Shown here piece by piece: positions 41,454 to 50,383 of a DNA stretch of 64,000 nt. Source of the DNA: an uncultured delta proteobacterium. GTDB lineage: Bacteria; Myxococcota_A; Polyangia; Polyangiales; B10-G4. Within the stretch, counting starts at the first letter, position 1, and each line of letters begins with the position of its first letter. Position numbers and translations under genes: made by a program. The notes under the pieces are model-generated. The model saw only the letters and a program-made list of their open reading frames with translations, was not told where the DNA came from and did not search any database. The DNA lies in NCBI GenBank assembly GCA_963727445.1, contig CAVSGI010000021.1, positions 160,001 to 224,000 of the forward strand. The letters are read 5' to 3'.

Positions 41454-43154
41454 ATGAAGTTTCTCTGCGGCAACTGCAAGGCGAAGTACCAGATCGCCGA
41501 CGAGAAGATCTCGGGTCGGACGCTTCGGATGAAGTGTCGGCGCTGTCAGCACGACATCATCATTCGGGGCGAGGAGCAGGCCGCGGCGGCCGCGCCCGCG
41601 GCGGCGGCGAGCGGCGCGGCCCGCGCACCTGCCGCTCCGCGCCGTCCGGGCGGCCCCGCGCCTGCGCCGGCGCCCCGTGCGCCTCAGCGAGGCTCCGCGC
41701 TCGGCGCCGACTTCCGTCGTAGCGTCGGCGGCGCAGCGCCGAAGCCACCGGCGCCCGCACCGCCGCCGCCGCCCGCCGAGCTGTGGCACGTGGCGATCAA
41801 CGACGTGCCCGTCGGTCCCATCCGCCGCGAAGAGGTGGAGAAGAAGATCCAGACCGGCGCCGTCAACGGTGAGTCGCTCTGCTGGCGCGAGGGCTTCGAC
41901 GATTGGCGGCCGCTCAAGGACGTCGCCGAGCTCGCCTCTCTTCTGCGCAAGCAGAGGCCGCCGCCCCCGTCGCGGCGCCCGCCGGTGGGCAAGGGGATCG
42001 GCCAGCGCCGAAGCGGTGAGAGCCGTCCGCGTATCCGTCCCTCCGCTCGCCCGGGCTCCGAGTCCTCTCGTCCCGCCGCGCCCATCCCCGACAACGTCGT
42101 CCCCATCGGCGGCCGACTCGGAGGCTCTGCAGCGCCGCCGGAGGTCGACCCCTACGAAGAGGAAGCGACGCGCGTCGGCGCGCCCGCCTTCCAAGAAGAC
42201 GACGTGGGGCCGACCATCCCCGAGCCCAGCCGCGACCTCGGCTCGCTTCCCAAGGCCGCCGCGACCCTCTCCTCGGTTCCCGAGTCGTCGCCCCCTGCCG
42301 CCGAGCCCCCGGCGAGCGATCCGCTCGCCGACATGTTCGGGTCTGCGCCGGGCGCGGCGCCTGCGAGCCCCGCGTTCGGCGCTCCGGCCGCGAGCCCGTC
42401 CGCCGAGGTCGCCCTCAGCGAGGCGCCGCCGAAGCGCCGCAAGCGCGCGATCCCGATCGGCGCGTGGATCGCCATCGCCGCGGCCGGTGCCTTCGGGATG
42501 ACCCTCGCCGTCTTCGTCGCCACCAATCTGATGCGGCAGCCGGAGCCGGTCGCCGACGCCACGGCGCCCACCACGCCCGAGCCCGAGCCCACCACGGCCG
42601 AGCCGCAGCTCGTCCTCGAGGAAGAGCCCACGGCGGAAACGGAGGAGGAAGCGGGCGCCGAAGAAGAGGCGCCCGAGGACAACGGAGCTGCGACCAGCGG
42701 CATGCGTCGCGCCGCAGCCGGGATGACCACCAGCCCCACCACCGCCACCATGCGCGCGCTCACCGCTGAGCAGCAGGCGCTGATCGAGCGGATGGGCGGC
42801 AGCGGCTCGGCGGGCGCCAACATCAACACCGACGAGGTGGGCAACGCCTCGATGATGAACAACCGGCCTCAGCTCACCGAGAACCAGCTGCGCAGCACGG
42901 TCAACAACAACCGGCGGAGCCTTCAGCGGTGTTACGAGCTCGCCATTCGCGGAGCCGGCGAGCCGCCCACGATACGCCTCGATGTGCAGGTCACCATCGC
43001 CGAGTCGGGACGGGTCACGCGCGTGAGCGCCAGCGGTCGCGATTTCGGCGGGATGAAGGCCTGCGTGGAGTCGAACGTGCGGCGCTGGCGCTTCCCGGCA
43101 TCGGGCGGCGCCACCGCCACCGCCTTCCCCGTGGTCTTCCAGCCGGGCGCCTGA
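41454..43154 (+). CDS. Zinc-ribbon/GYF_2/TM/TonB-C-like protein (GltJ/AgmX-like)
   Basis: CGNCKAKYQIADEK..CRRC, WHVAIND..GPI..CWREGFDDWRP, Pro-rich linker, one TM, LQRCYE..CVESNVRRWRFP..FPVVF. Confidence 0.8.
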   Translation: MKFLCGNCKAKYQIADEKISGRTLRMKCRRCQHDIIIRGEEQAAAAAPAAAASGAARAPAAPRRPGGPAPAPAPRAPQRGSALGADFRRSVGGAAPKPPAPAPPPPPAELWHVAINDVPVGPIRREEVEKKIQTGAVNGESLCWREGFDDWRPLKDVAELASLLRKQRPPPPSRRPPVGKGIGQRRSGESRPRIRPSARPGSESSRPAAPIPDNVVPIGGRLGGSAAPPEVDPYEEEATRVGAPAFQEDDVGPTIPEPSRDLGSLPKAAATLSSVPESSPPAAEPPASDPLADMFGSAPGAAPASPAFGAPAASPSAEVALSEAPPKRRKRAIPIGAWIAIAAAGAFGMTLAVFVATNLMRQPEPVADATAPTTPEPEPTTAEPQLVLEEEPTAETEEEAGAEEEAPEDNGAATSGMRRAAAGMTTSPTTATMRALTAEQQALIERMGGSGSAGANINTDEVGNASMMNNRPQLTENQLRSTVNNNRRSLQRCYELAIRGAGEPPTIRLDVQVTIAESGRVTRVSASGRDFGGMKACVESNVRRWRFPASGGATATAFPVVFQPGA

Positions 43155-43158
43155 GCCG

Positions 43159-43509
43159 CTACTTCAGGAAGCTGACCAGCAGGTAGACGCCGACCGCCAG
43201 GGCCAGGGCGAGGCCGATGGTCTGCGGCCAGCTGAGCCCGCCGGCGCTGCTCGGCTGCGGCGGCACCGTATCCGGGCCGCGCTTGCCCGAGTGGGCTCCC
43301 AAATCGTCAGAGACCTGGATCGAGGCCTCCTGGGAGCGCTTCGCCTCGGTCGCGGGCCCCGTGGTGGAGTCGCGAACCCCTCCGAGCGCCGCCTTCAGCT
43401 TCTCCTCGTCCCAGACGTCCGTGACGTCGTCGAGGCCGTCATCCTCGTCGTCTTCGTCGACGTCCACGAGGGGCGGCAGGTCGGGCTTCTCTTCGTCGGG
43501 ATCGGACAA
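43159..43509 (-). CDS. Small acidic protein with C-terminal TM anchor
   Basis: D/E-rich N-terminus and C-terminal hydrophobic helix; TTG start inferred. Confidence 0.5.
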   Translation of the reverse strand: MSDPDEEKPDLPPLVDVDEDDEDDGLDDVTDVWDEEKLKAALGGVRDSTTGPATEAKRSQEASIQVSDDLGAHSGKRGPDTVPPQPSSAGGLSWPQTIGLALALAVGVYLLVSFLK

Positions 43510-43582
43510 GGGAGCCCTCGAATCTTCGCAGAATCCCCCAGGGGGTCCAAGAATCTTCCCGATTTTGGTAGCTTCCGCCCCC

Positions 43583-43852
43583 GTGTCGGGGGGAGAGCTC
43601 ACAGGGTTGATCGTCGAGACCCTCTATTTGGTGCTTCTGGTCTCGGCACCGGCGCTCCTGGTGAGCTTGGTGGTGGGATTCGGCGTGGGGTTGCTGCAGG
43701 CCACCACGCAGGTGCAGGAACAGACACTCTCCTTCGTCCCCAAATTGGTGGCGGTGGCGGCGGCGCTCGCGGTCTTCGGAGGCTTCATGGGCGGAGAGCT
43801 GATCCGCTTCACCGAGGCTCTGTGGACGTCCATCCCGACGCTCTTCCCCTGA
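43583..43852 (+). CDS. fliQ: Type III export-gate protein SctS/FliQ
   Basis: LVSAPALLVSLVVG..VGLLQATTQVQEQTLSFVPKL signature; 89 aa from a GTG start. Confidence 0.92.
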   Translation: MSGGELTGLIVETLYLVLLVSAPALLVSLVVGFGVGLLQATTQVQEQTLSFVPKLVAVAAALAVFGGFMGGELIRFTEALWTSIPTLFP

Positions 43853-43859
43853 TGGTGCC

Positions 43860-44648
43860 ATGACGCTCGCGGAGATCGAACGGTGGCTGGCCCTCGGCAC
43901 CCTCGTCGCGGCTCGGGTCGGCCCCCTCACCGTGATCCTGCCCTGGCTCGCGCTGCGATCGGCACCCGCGCTCCTGCGGGCGGCCCTCGTCCTGACGCTG
44001 ACTCTGGCCCTCGCGCCGCTCACGGCCGGCGCTGTCGACCAGGTGCCCACGTCGATGGCGATGCTCGCGCTCTTCGCCCTGCGCGAGCTGGTGATCGGCA
44101 CGCTCTTCGCCATCGCGGCGGGCCTGCCTTTCTTCGCGCTGGGATGGTCCGGTCAGCTGATCGACACCTGGCGCGGGTCCTCCCTGGCCGAGGTGATCGC
44201 GCCGCCGACCGGGGAGCGTACGAGCCCGCTCGGCGATCTCCTCCTGCTGGGCGGGGTGGCGCTCTTCCTGGCGCTCGGCGGCCACCGCTTCGCGCTCATG
44301 GCTTTCGCCGAGGGGCTCTCGGCGATGCCCGTCGGCGCGCTCGACCTGGGCCAGAACCTCGGCGACGTGATCCTCGAGACGATGCATCTGGCAGGTGCTG
44401 CGCTCGCCTTTTCCGTGGCGATCGCGGCCCCGGCCGCGGTGGCGATCGTGCTGGTGGAGCTGGGGCTCGGGCTGGTCGCGCGGAGCGCGCCCCAGATCCC
44501 GGTGTTCTTCGCCGGGATGCCGCTGCGCGCGGCGACGGGGCTCTTCGCCCTGCTCCTCGCCGCATCGCTGGTGATCGAGGAGCTTCCCGCCGTCTTCGAG
44601 GACGCGACCGACGCCGCCGCGGCGCAGATCGAGCGCCTCGGCCGCTAA
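43860..44648 (+). CDS. fliR: Type III export-gate protein SctT/FliR
   Basis: ELVIG, GQLID..RG, LFLALGGH, IAAP, LGLVARSAPQIPVF..PL; 7 bp after fliQ. Confidence 0.9.
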   Translation: MTLAEIERWLALGTLVAARVGPLTVILPWLALRSAPALLRAALVLTLTLALAPLTAGAVDQVPTSMAMLALFALRELVIGTLFAIAAGLPFFALGWSGQLIDTWRGSSLAEVIAPPTGERTSPLGDLLLLGGVALFLALGGHRFALMAFAEGLSAMPVGALDLGQNLGDVILETMHLAGAALAFSVAIAAPAAVAIVLVELGLGLVARSAPQIPVFFAGMPLRAATGLFALLLAASLVIEELPAVFEDATDAAAAQIERLGR

Positions 44649-44687
44649 CCGTGGACGGCGCGCCCTCGATCGTTTAGATCCGCGCCG

Positions 44688-45215
44688 ATGATGAAGAACG
44701 TTCGCACCCTCATCGACGCCGAAAAGATCGCGGCCCGCGTGCGCGAGATGGGCGCGCAGATCACCCAGGACTACGCCGGCGAGGAGGTGGTGCTCATCAC
44801 CGTGCTCAAAGGCAGCTTCATCTTCGCCGCGGATCTGTCCCGCGCGATCGACCTGCCCCTGAGCGTCGACTTCCTGGGCCTTCGCAGCTACGGCGACGGC
44901 ACCGAGTCGAGCGGCGTGGTGCAGATCACCAGCGACCTCACCAAGCCCATCGAAGGCAAGCACGTGATCGTGGTCGAGGACATCGTCGATACGGGGCTGA
45001 CGATGCAGTACCTCCTCGAGAACCTCGAGACCCGCCACCCGAAGTCGGTGAAGCTCGCTTCGCTGCTGCACAAACCGGCGCGCACCCGCGTGGATGTCGA
45101 CATCCACTACCTCGGCTTCACCATCGAGGACGTCTTCGTCATCGGCTACGGCCTCGACTACGCCCAGAAGTACCGGAACCTGCCGTTCATCGGGGTCGTG
45201 GAATCGAATGGCTGA
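44688..45215 (+). CDS. hpt: Hypoxanthine phosphoribosyltransferase
   Basis: [44 protein letters not shown]. Confidence 0.96.
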   Translation: MMKNVRTLIDAEKIAARVREMGAQITQDYAGEEVVLITVLKGSFIFAADLSRAIDLPLSVDFLGLRSYGDGTESSGVVQITSDLTKPIEGKHVIVVEDIVDTGLTMQYLLENLETRHPKSVKLASLLHKPARTRVDVDIHYLGFTIEDVFVIGYGLDYAQKYRNLPFIGVVESNG

Positions 45216-45534
45216 CCGTCTCGCGATGCTGAAGAAGATGGTGGAAGGCGGGTCCAAAGATCCCTTCCACTGGTACGCGCTCGCCATGGAGTACCGCTCC
45301 CTCGGCCAGCTCGATGCGGCGCTGGATGCCTATGGAGACGTGCGTGACGAGTTCCCGGATTACGTGCCCACCTACCTGATGGCGGGCCAGGTCTGCCACG
45401 AGCGCGAGGACTACATGGCGGCGAAGAAGTGGCTCGAAGCGGGCCTCGCCGCCGCCCAGAAGGCGCACGACGGAAAGGCGCTGACCGAGATCCAACAGCT
45501 CCTCGACCTGGTGAAGTCCGAGCTCGGCGATTGA
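45208..45534 (+). CDS. Small TPR protein
   Basis: [23 protein letters not shown]; overlaps the hpt stop. Confidence 0.8.
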   Translation: MADRLAMLKKMVEGGSKDPFHWYALAMEYRSLGQLDAALDAYGDVRDEFPDYVPTYLMAGQVCHEREDYMAAKKWLEAGLAAAQKAHDGKALTEIQQLLDLVKSELGD

Positions 45535-46226
45535 GTGAGCCGGCGCCGCGGCGGAAGTGGCTCGCCGGACTCTCTTTCGCCGCGAGCTTGCTGGTGGGTG
45601 CGCTCGCGGTCGTCGCGGAGTTCTGGCTCCGTGTCGGCGATGCCAGCTTCGGTATGGCCGTCGCCGCGTTCCTGATGCTCGTCGCCATCACCGTGCGCCT
45701 CACCGACCGACTGCCGGCCCCGGCCGAGGCGCAGCCCCATCAGCGAAGCCCCTTCGACTTCCTCGGGGTGATCTGGCTCCTGTCCATTCCCTTCGGTCCC
45801 TTTCTGGGCTGGCTCTCGACGGAGCAGCTGACGGTCGACAACTGGCGCCTCGTCGCGGGCATCCGCGTCGCCCTCTGCATCGGCCTCCCGATCATCGGCG
45901 TCCTCGGGCTGCTCCGTTTCGTTCGCGGATCGCGCGCGCTCGCCGCGGGCGCGATCCTGCTGGTCGGCACCGGGTTCCCCGTGTTCTTCGGGCTGAGCGC
46001 AGCGCGCGATCTCCTCCAGGGCCCCGCCTGGGAGAACGTGGAGGTCGAAGCCGTCCTCTCGCAAACGCTCCATCTCGGCGGCCACGAGCCGGTCGTCGTT
46101 CCCGACGCGCTCGTCGACCTGTCGGACGGACGGGAGCTCCGCACGGCCGGTGATATCCCGGTCCATCGTGGACCGATGCGGCTGTTGGTCCTGCGCGGAC
46201 TGGGTCGCGTGATCGATTCGCGGTAG
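45531..46226 (+). CDS. Hypothetical membrane protein
   Basis: About five TM helices; TTG start overlapping the upstream stop. Confidence 0.6.
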   Translation: MSEPAPRRKWLAGLSFAASLLVGALAVVAEFWLRVGDASFGMAVAAFLMLVAITVRLTDRLPAPAEAQPHQRSPFDFLGVIWLLSIPFGPFLGWLSTEQLTVDNWRLVAGIRVALCIGLPIIGVLGLLRFVRGSRALAAGAILLVGTGFPVFFGLSAARDLLQGPAWENVEVEAVLSQTLHLGGHEPVVVPDALVDLSDGRELRTAGDIPVHRGPMRLLVLRGLGRVIDSR

Positions 46227-46276
46227 CGACGCGGCACCGGGGCGGTCACACTCGAGGGGTGGGGGCACGGCGACAG

Positions 46277-46999
46277 ATGAGGCCGGTCTCGAACCAGCGG
46301 GGATCGTCCACCATCGTCGTTCTGGTCGTGATGCTCTGCGCCTGCGCCCAGACGCATGAGCCGGCTCCGGTGGACGCAGCGGCGGCGGATGTGACGCCGG
46401 TGTCGTGCGAGGGCGAGGGCGAGGTGTGCGACACCGGCGAGGCCTGCATCGAGGGGCGGATCGATTGTGCGAGCGGGCGGCCGGAGTGCGTCGCGCTCGG
46501 GCCCATCCCCGGCTGTCCCGAAGACCCCGGGTGCGGCTTGCCTTGCGAAACCGGCGAGCCGTGTGTGGCCGGCGTCATCGATTGCTCGACCGGCGCTTGC
46601 GTTCCCTCCGGGACACAGCCCGCCGGTACAGCCTGCGGCCCGGGGCTGGCGTGCGACGACTCGGGTGGGTGCACGGTGTGTGTCCCCGGCGGGTCTTGTG
46701 AGACGGGGAGCCCTTGTCACGAGGGCAGCTGGGACTGCTCGACGGGCACGCCGGTGTGCGCGGCCATTCAGGCGTTGCCCGAGGGCACGCCGTGCGGTGC
46801 CGCGGGCTTCTGTGATCCGGCGAGCCCGACCTGCAGCGAATGCGTTCTGGGAAGCGCTTGCTACGTCATGGGGTGTTTCGTCGGAACCGTCGATTGCTCA
46901 TCCGGTGAGCCGCAGTGCATGTTCGATCACACGCTCCCTGCGGGGGTTGCCTGCGGAGACGGTGGAACATGCAACCCGCTCGGGCTCTGCCGCGAGTAG
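46277..46999 (+). CDS. Cys-rich lipoprotein
   Basis: Hydrophobic leader with LCAC; repeats of CxTGxxCxxGxxDCxxGxxxC. Confidence 0.65.
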   Translation: MRPVSNQRGSSTIVVLVVMLCACAQTHEPAPVDAAAADVTPVSCEGEGEVCDTGEACIEGRIDCASGRPECVALGPIPGCPEDPGCGLPCETGEPCVAGVIDCSTGACVPSGTQPAGTACGPGLACDDSGGCTVCVPGGSCETGSPCHEGSWDCSTGTPVCAAIQALPEGTPCGAAGFCDPASPTCSECVLGSACYVMGCFVGTVDCSSGEPQCMFDHTLPAGVACGDGGTCNPLGLCRE

Positions 47000-47092
47000 G
47001 CGTTCCGCGGCGGTCATGGAGCCGCGGCGCCTCAAGCAGTACCCTTCGCGCCATGGGCGTTCATTCCGGATCGTCGCGGCCATGAGCGTGTC

Positions 47093-47566
47093 ATGAGCAA
47101 CGAGTTCGAGGTGGAGATCCCGGGCGTCGTGGGTCGAGTGACCCTCACGCGGCCCGGCGCATTTTCGGGCTCCGAGCTGCGGGTCGATGGGCACCCGGCG
47201 CCGAAGGGGGACAAGCGCGGCACCTTCGAGCTCCCGGCCGAGGGAGGCCGCAAGAAGATCGCCCGGCTTCGGCAGCACATCTCCTGGGTCTTGCCCGCGG
47301 TCGAGGTCGACGACGTGAAGCACGAGGTCGGGCCGAAGATCCCATTCGGCCTCATGCTCCTCGCGTGCATCCCCTTCGCCCTCGGCGGCGTGGGCGGCAT
47401 GATCGGCGGCGCGATGGGCGGCGCGGCCTTCGCGATCAACATGGGGATCGCGCGCTCCACCCTCCCGGTCGTCTCGCAGGCGCTCGCGATGGTCGCCGTC
47501 ACCGTCGCCGTCAGCATCGGGTTCTTCTTCATCGCGGGCCTGATCGGTCTGGCGTCGCACCCCTGA
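47093..47566 (+). CDS. Hypothetical membrane protein
   Basis: Soluble N-terminus and Gly-rich C-terminal TM helices. Confidence 0.6.
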   Translation: MSNEFEVEIPGVVGRVTLTRPGAFSGSELRVDGHPAPKGDKRGTFELPAEGGRKKIARLRQHISWVLPAVEVDDVKHEVGPKIPFGLMLLACIPFALGGVGGMIGGAMGGAAFAINMGIARSTLPVVSQALAMVAVTVAVSIGFFFIAGLIGLASHP

Positions 47567-47578
47567 GCGGCGGTCGCT

Positions 47579-48499
47579 TCAATCACACGGCAGCATGGAC
47601 GTGCCCAGCGCGAGCTCGTCGGAGTAGACCGTCGCGGTCGGCTGCGAAGAGCCCGCGCGCTCGAGGCCGAGGAGGGCGCTCGAGATCGGGTTCGCGGGGC
47701 GCGTATCGATGCCTGTCATCGAGAGCGCTGGAGCGCCGTCGACCCATGCCTCGACGGAGCCGGCGACGTCGTCGACGACGATGCGCGCCTGTAGGCAGAA
47801 CCACCGGTCGAGGGGGGCGACCTCGCCGGAGGTGACGATGGAGGGGGCGACGTAGAGCTGCATGGCGCCGTCCGTGCCGATCCCCACCGAGGTGCCGTCG
47901 TAGGGGTCGGCGTCCTCGAAGGCGTAGAAGAAGGAGACGGAATCCAGGGCAAAAGTGGATGGGACGTAGAAGTATCCGCGGATCCAGAGCTCGCCCGAAT
48001 CGATGGGCGCGAAATCCTTCCCCACCGCCGCGCGCCCACCCGGCGCCGACGTCTCGCTGGAGAGCGACACGCCGCCGCGATAGGTGGGCGACGTGCTCAG
48101 ATCCACGACTTCGTCGTTCGTCTCGACCCAGTCCCAGGCGTCGGTCGTCGCATCCTCGAAGCCGTCGCAGAAGAACGCGCCCGAGAGGATGTCGTCGCAG
48201 GCGGTGTCGTCGGGCGCAGCGTCCACGTCCGCCACGGCCGTGTCGGCCGCAGCTCCATCGGCGTCGGCGCGCGCGTCGGCCGCGTCGGCATCCGCGGTCG
48301 ATGCATCGCGCGCCGCGTCGGGCGCGGCATCCGCAGCATCGACGCCGCCGTCTGCCTGTACGCACATCCCCCCGACACAGACCCAGCCATCGACGCACGG
48401 ACAGCTGCGGCCCCCCAGGTCGACCGGCTCCACCGTGCACGCCCCGAGGAGGCAGGTCGCCAACCAAACCCATGAAAAGCCGCTGGCTCCTCCCCGCAT
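47579..48499 (-). CDS. Lipoprotein with ConA/LamG-like C-terminal domain
   Basis: Lipobox LGAC, Asp/Ala linker, FCDGFED, LWIRGYFY, RWFCLQ, VEAWVDG. Confidence 0.6.
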   Translation of the reverse strand: MRGGASGFSWVWLATCLLGACTVEPVDLGGRSCPCVDGWVCVGGMCVQADGGVDAADAAPDAARDASTADADAADARADADGAAADTAVADVDAAPDDTACDDILSGAFFCDGFEDATTDAWDWVETNDEVVDLSTSPTYRGGVSLSSETSAPGGRAAVGKDFAPIDSGELWIRGYFYVPSTFALDSVSFFYAFEDADPYDGTSVGIGTDGAMQLYVAPSIVTSGEVAPLDRWFCLQARIVVDDVAGSVEAWVDGAPALSMTGIDTRPANPISSALLGLERAGSSQPTATVYSDELALGTSMLPCD

Positions 48500-48532
48500 G
48501 CGTGCAGCCTACAACGAAAGACGACCATCGAC

Positions 48533-50029
48533 TCAAGGACACGTGCGCGCTGTGCACTCGAAGCGCGTGTAGCCGGCGATCTCGAGGTCGGGGGAGAGAA
48601 CGAGGCGTGCGGGCTGCTCGGATTCGCCGCACCTGCGCAGGACCGCAGGGGAGAAGGTGTCGACGTACCAGCCTTCGCCCTCTGGCGGGAGGCCTTCGGT
48701 GGCGAGCTGCTCGATACGACACTCCTCTGCGCCGGTCAGTGGATCGTAGCCGGCGTGCACGCGCGCGGGGAGCGTGTCGCACCGAGGGGCGTCTTCGCCG
48801 GTGGGCAACGTCTCGATGAGCTCGCATGGGAGGCGCCGGTCGGCGTCGAGGCGCGGTGTGCGCGGACCGATGCAGGAGACGAGCGGTGTGGCGATGGCAC
48901 GGAGGATGGCGTCGATCGCGTTCGTGTAGTCCGGCGCGCAGAGCGACGCGACGGCGGTGGAGACCCCTCGCGCGTCGAGGCCCCGGGCCACTTCGACCAT
49001 CCGGCGCGGGGGGAACGCGAAGCTGCTGCCAGCCTCGTTGCACGAGGGTCGAAGACGCATGGGTTGGTCGGGGTCGAGCTCCTGCTGCATGTCCGGATGG
49101 GCGAGGATGGCTTCGTAGTCGGGGCGCTCGCCAACGGCCGGCTCGGCGTCTGCGGGGATGCCGGCCAACACGGAGAAGACGAGCCGATCGGCGCTGCGTC
49201 CAGCGAGCAGACCATCGACGTAGCGCTCGATGGGCTGGAGCGCTTCGGGGTGGGCGAAGCAGCGGAGACTCAGCGGGACGTCGCCGTAGTCTGCGTTCGA
49301 CACGTCGTAGAGGGAAGGGTCGAGCGCCGAGCAATCGTCCTCGTCGGTCAAGGCGACGATCGCCAACACGGCGTCCGGTCGGAGGAAGCCCGCGTTTTCA
49401 CCGTCGGCGTGGCCGAGCGTTCGGTCTGCGAACGACCCGTCGAAAGCGCCGGTGGGGCCTCGAGACGAAGGCGTCACGGCTTTGAGGATCGCTTCGAGGG
49501 GTTGCTCGAGCCCGCATCCACCGGAGCCGACGGAGGCGACGCAGCGCATCTCGTTCGCGAACGCTTCGAGGTCGTCCGTGATCGGGTTGAAGGAAAGGAA
49601 GCTCGGGCCGGAGCAGGAGCCGTCCCAGCTGCCGTCGCGCAGGATCCCGTCCTCGCCGTGGGGCTGCAGCGTGCAGGTGGGGACTTCGAAGCCATGGGTC
49701 CCCATGTCGGATGTGACGACCCCGACTTGGATCGAGCGCACGGGCGAAAAGTCGCGGCCGAAGACGAGCCCATCGCTCGGATCCGCGTCCCCCATCGAGA
49801 GCGCTTCGATCAGTCGCGGGAGCTGATCGATCAAGAGGGCCTGTTCGCTCAGGGTGCCTTGCGAGTCGTCCATCATCAGGAGCAGATCGACCTCGTCGAT
49901 GTCCGCACCGGTCGGCCGCAACACCTCCGCGCTGTGCGTGCAGGGGTCAGCCTCGGTGGTGTCGGAGGCACAAGCGGACAGGAGCAGCGCCGCGATCAGC
50001 CATGGCAGATGTCTGGACTCGCGCGCCAC
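48533..50029 (-). CDS. VWA-domain lipoprotein (CglB-like) 3
   Basis: Lipobox LSAC; VDLLLMMDDSQGT (degenerate MIDAS), VGVVTSDMG, GCGLEQPLEA, NAGFLRPDA, LTDEDDCS; clear paralog of 28760-30512. Confidence 0.75.
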   Translation of the reverse strand: MARESRHLPWLIAALLLSACASDTTEADPCTHSAEVLRPTGADIDEVDLLLMMDDSQGTLSEQALLIDQLPRLIEALSMGDADPSDGLVFGRDFSPVRSIQVGVVTSDMGTHGFEVPTCTLQPHGEDGILRDGSWDGSCSGPSFLSFNPITDDLEAFANEMRCVASVGSGGCGLEQPLEAILKAVTPSSRGPTGAFDGSFADRTLGHADGENAGFLRPDAVLAIVALTDEDDCSALDPSLYDVSNADYGDVPLSLRCFAHPEALQPIERYVDGLLAGRSADRLVFSVLAGIPADAEPAVGERPDYEAILAHPDMQQELDPDQPMRLRPSCNEAGSSFAFPPRRMVEVARGLDARGVSTAVASLCAPDYTNAIDAILRAIATPLVSCIGPRTPRLDADRRLPCELIETLPTGEDAPRCDTLPARVHAGYDPLTGAEECRIEQLATEGLPPEGEGWYVDTFSPAVLRRCGESEQPARLVLSPDLEIAGYTRFECTARTCP

Positions 50030-50041
50030 GCCGTCCGTCGT

Positions 50042-50057
50042 TACAAGTCGTGTGCCA
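50042..50057 (-). promoter_or_regulatory. Sigma54-type promoter of VWA gene 3
   Basis: Minus strand TGGCACACGACTTGTA, 12 bp before the GTG start; inverted repeat GACAAC-GAA-GTTGTC at 50131-50145 could be an activator site. Confidence 0.45.
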
Positions 50058-50383
50058 GCCTCGCGCGTCGGAAATGACACGCACATTCGACTCGCGCGTT
50101 TCCCATCGAGCCACGAAGGTTGGCTTCGCTGACAACGAAGTTGTCGCTGGGCCCTACTGCGCGTTCTGCGGCACCAAGCGACGTGCTCCACGCCGTGAAC
50201 CGTGAGCGCCGAACGCTCGACGTCGGCCGCGACCAGCGGCTCCGTGACCTTCGAGGTCGAAGGCGAGCTCCCCGCCCCCGACGGCTGCCACACATCTTCG
50301 TCGCCGACAAGCTCGATGCATGACAGGCCTCCTCACTCCATGCGGAGCGGGCGTAGCGTGGCACGCATCCCGCGCACGCGCCG

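Noticed and set aside
50359..50374. TGGCACGCATCCCGCG as a sigma54 promoter
   Set aside because: Points into the 3' end of an oppositely oriented gene with no downstream ORF, and the -12 context is weak.
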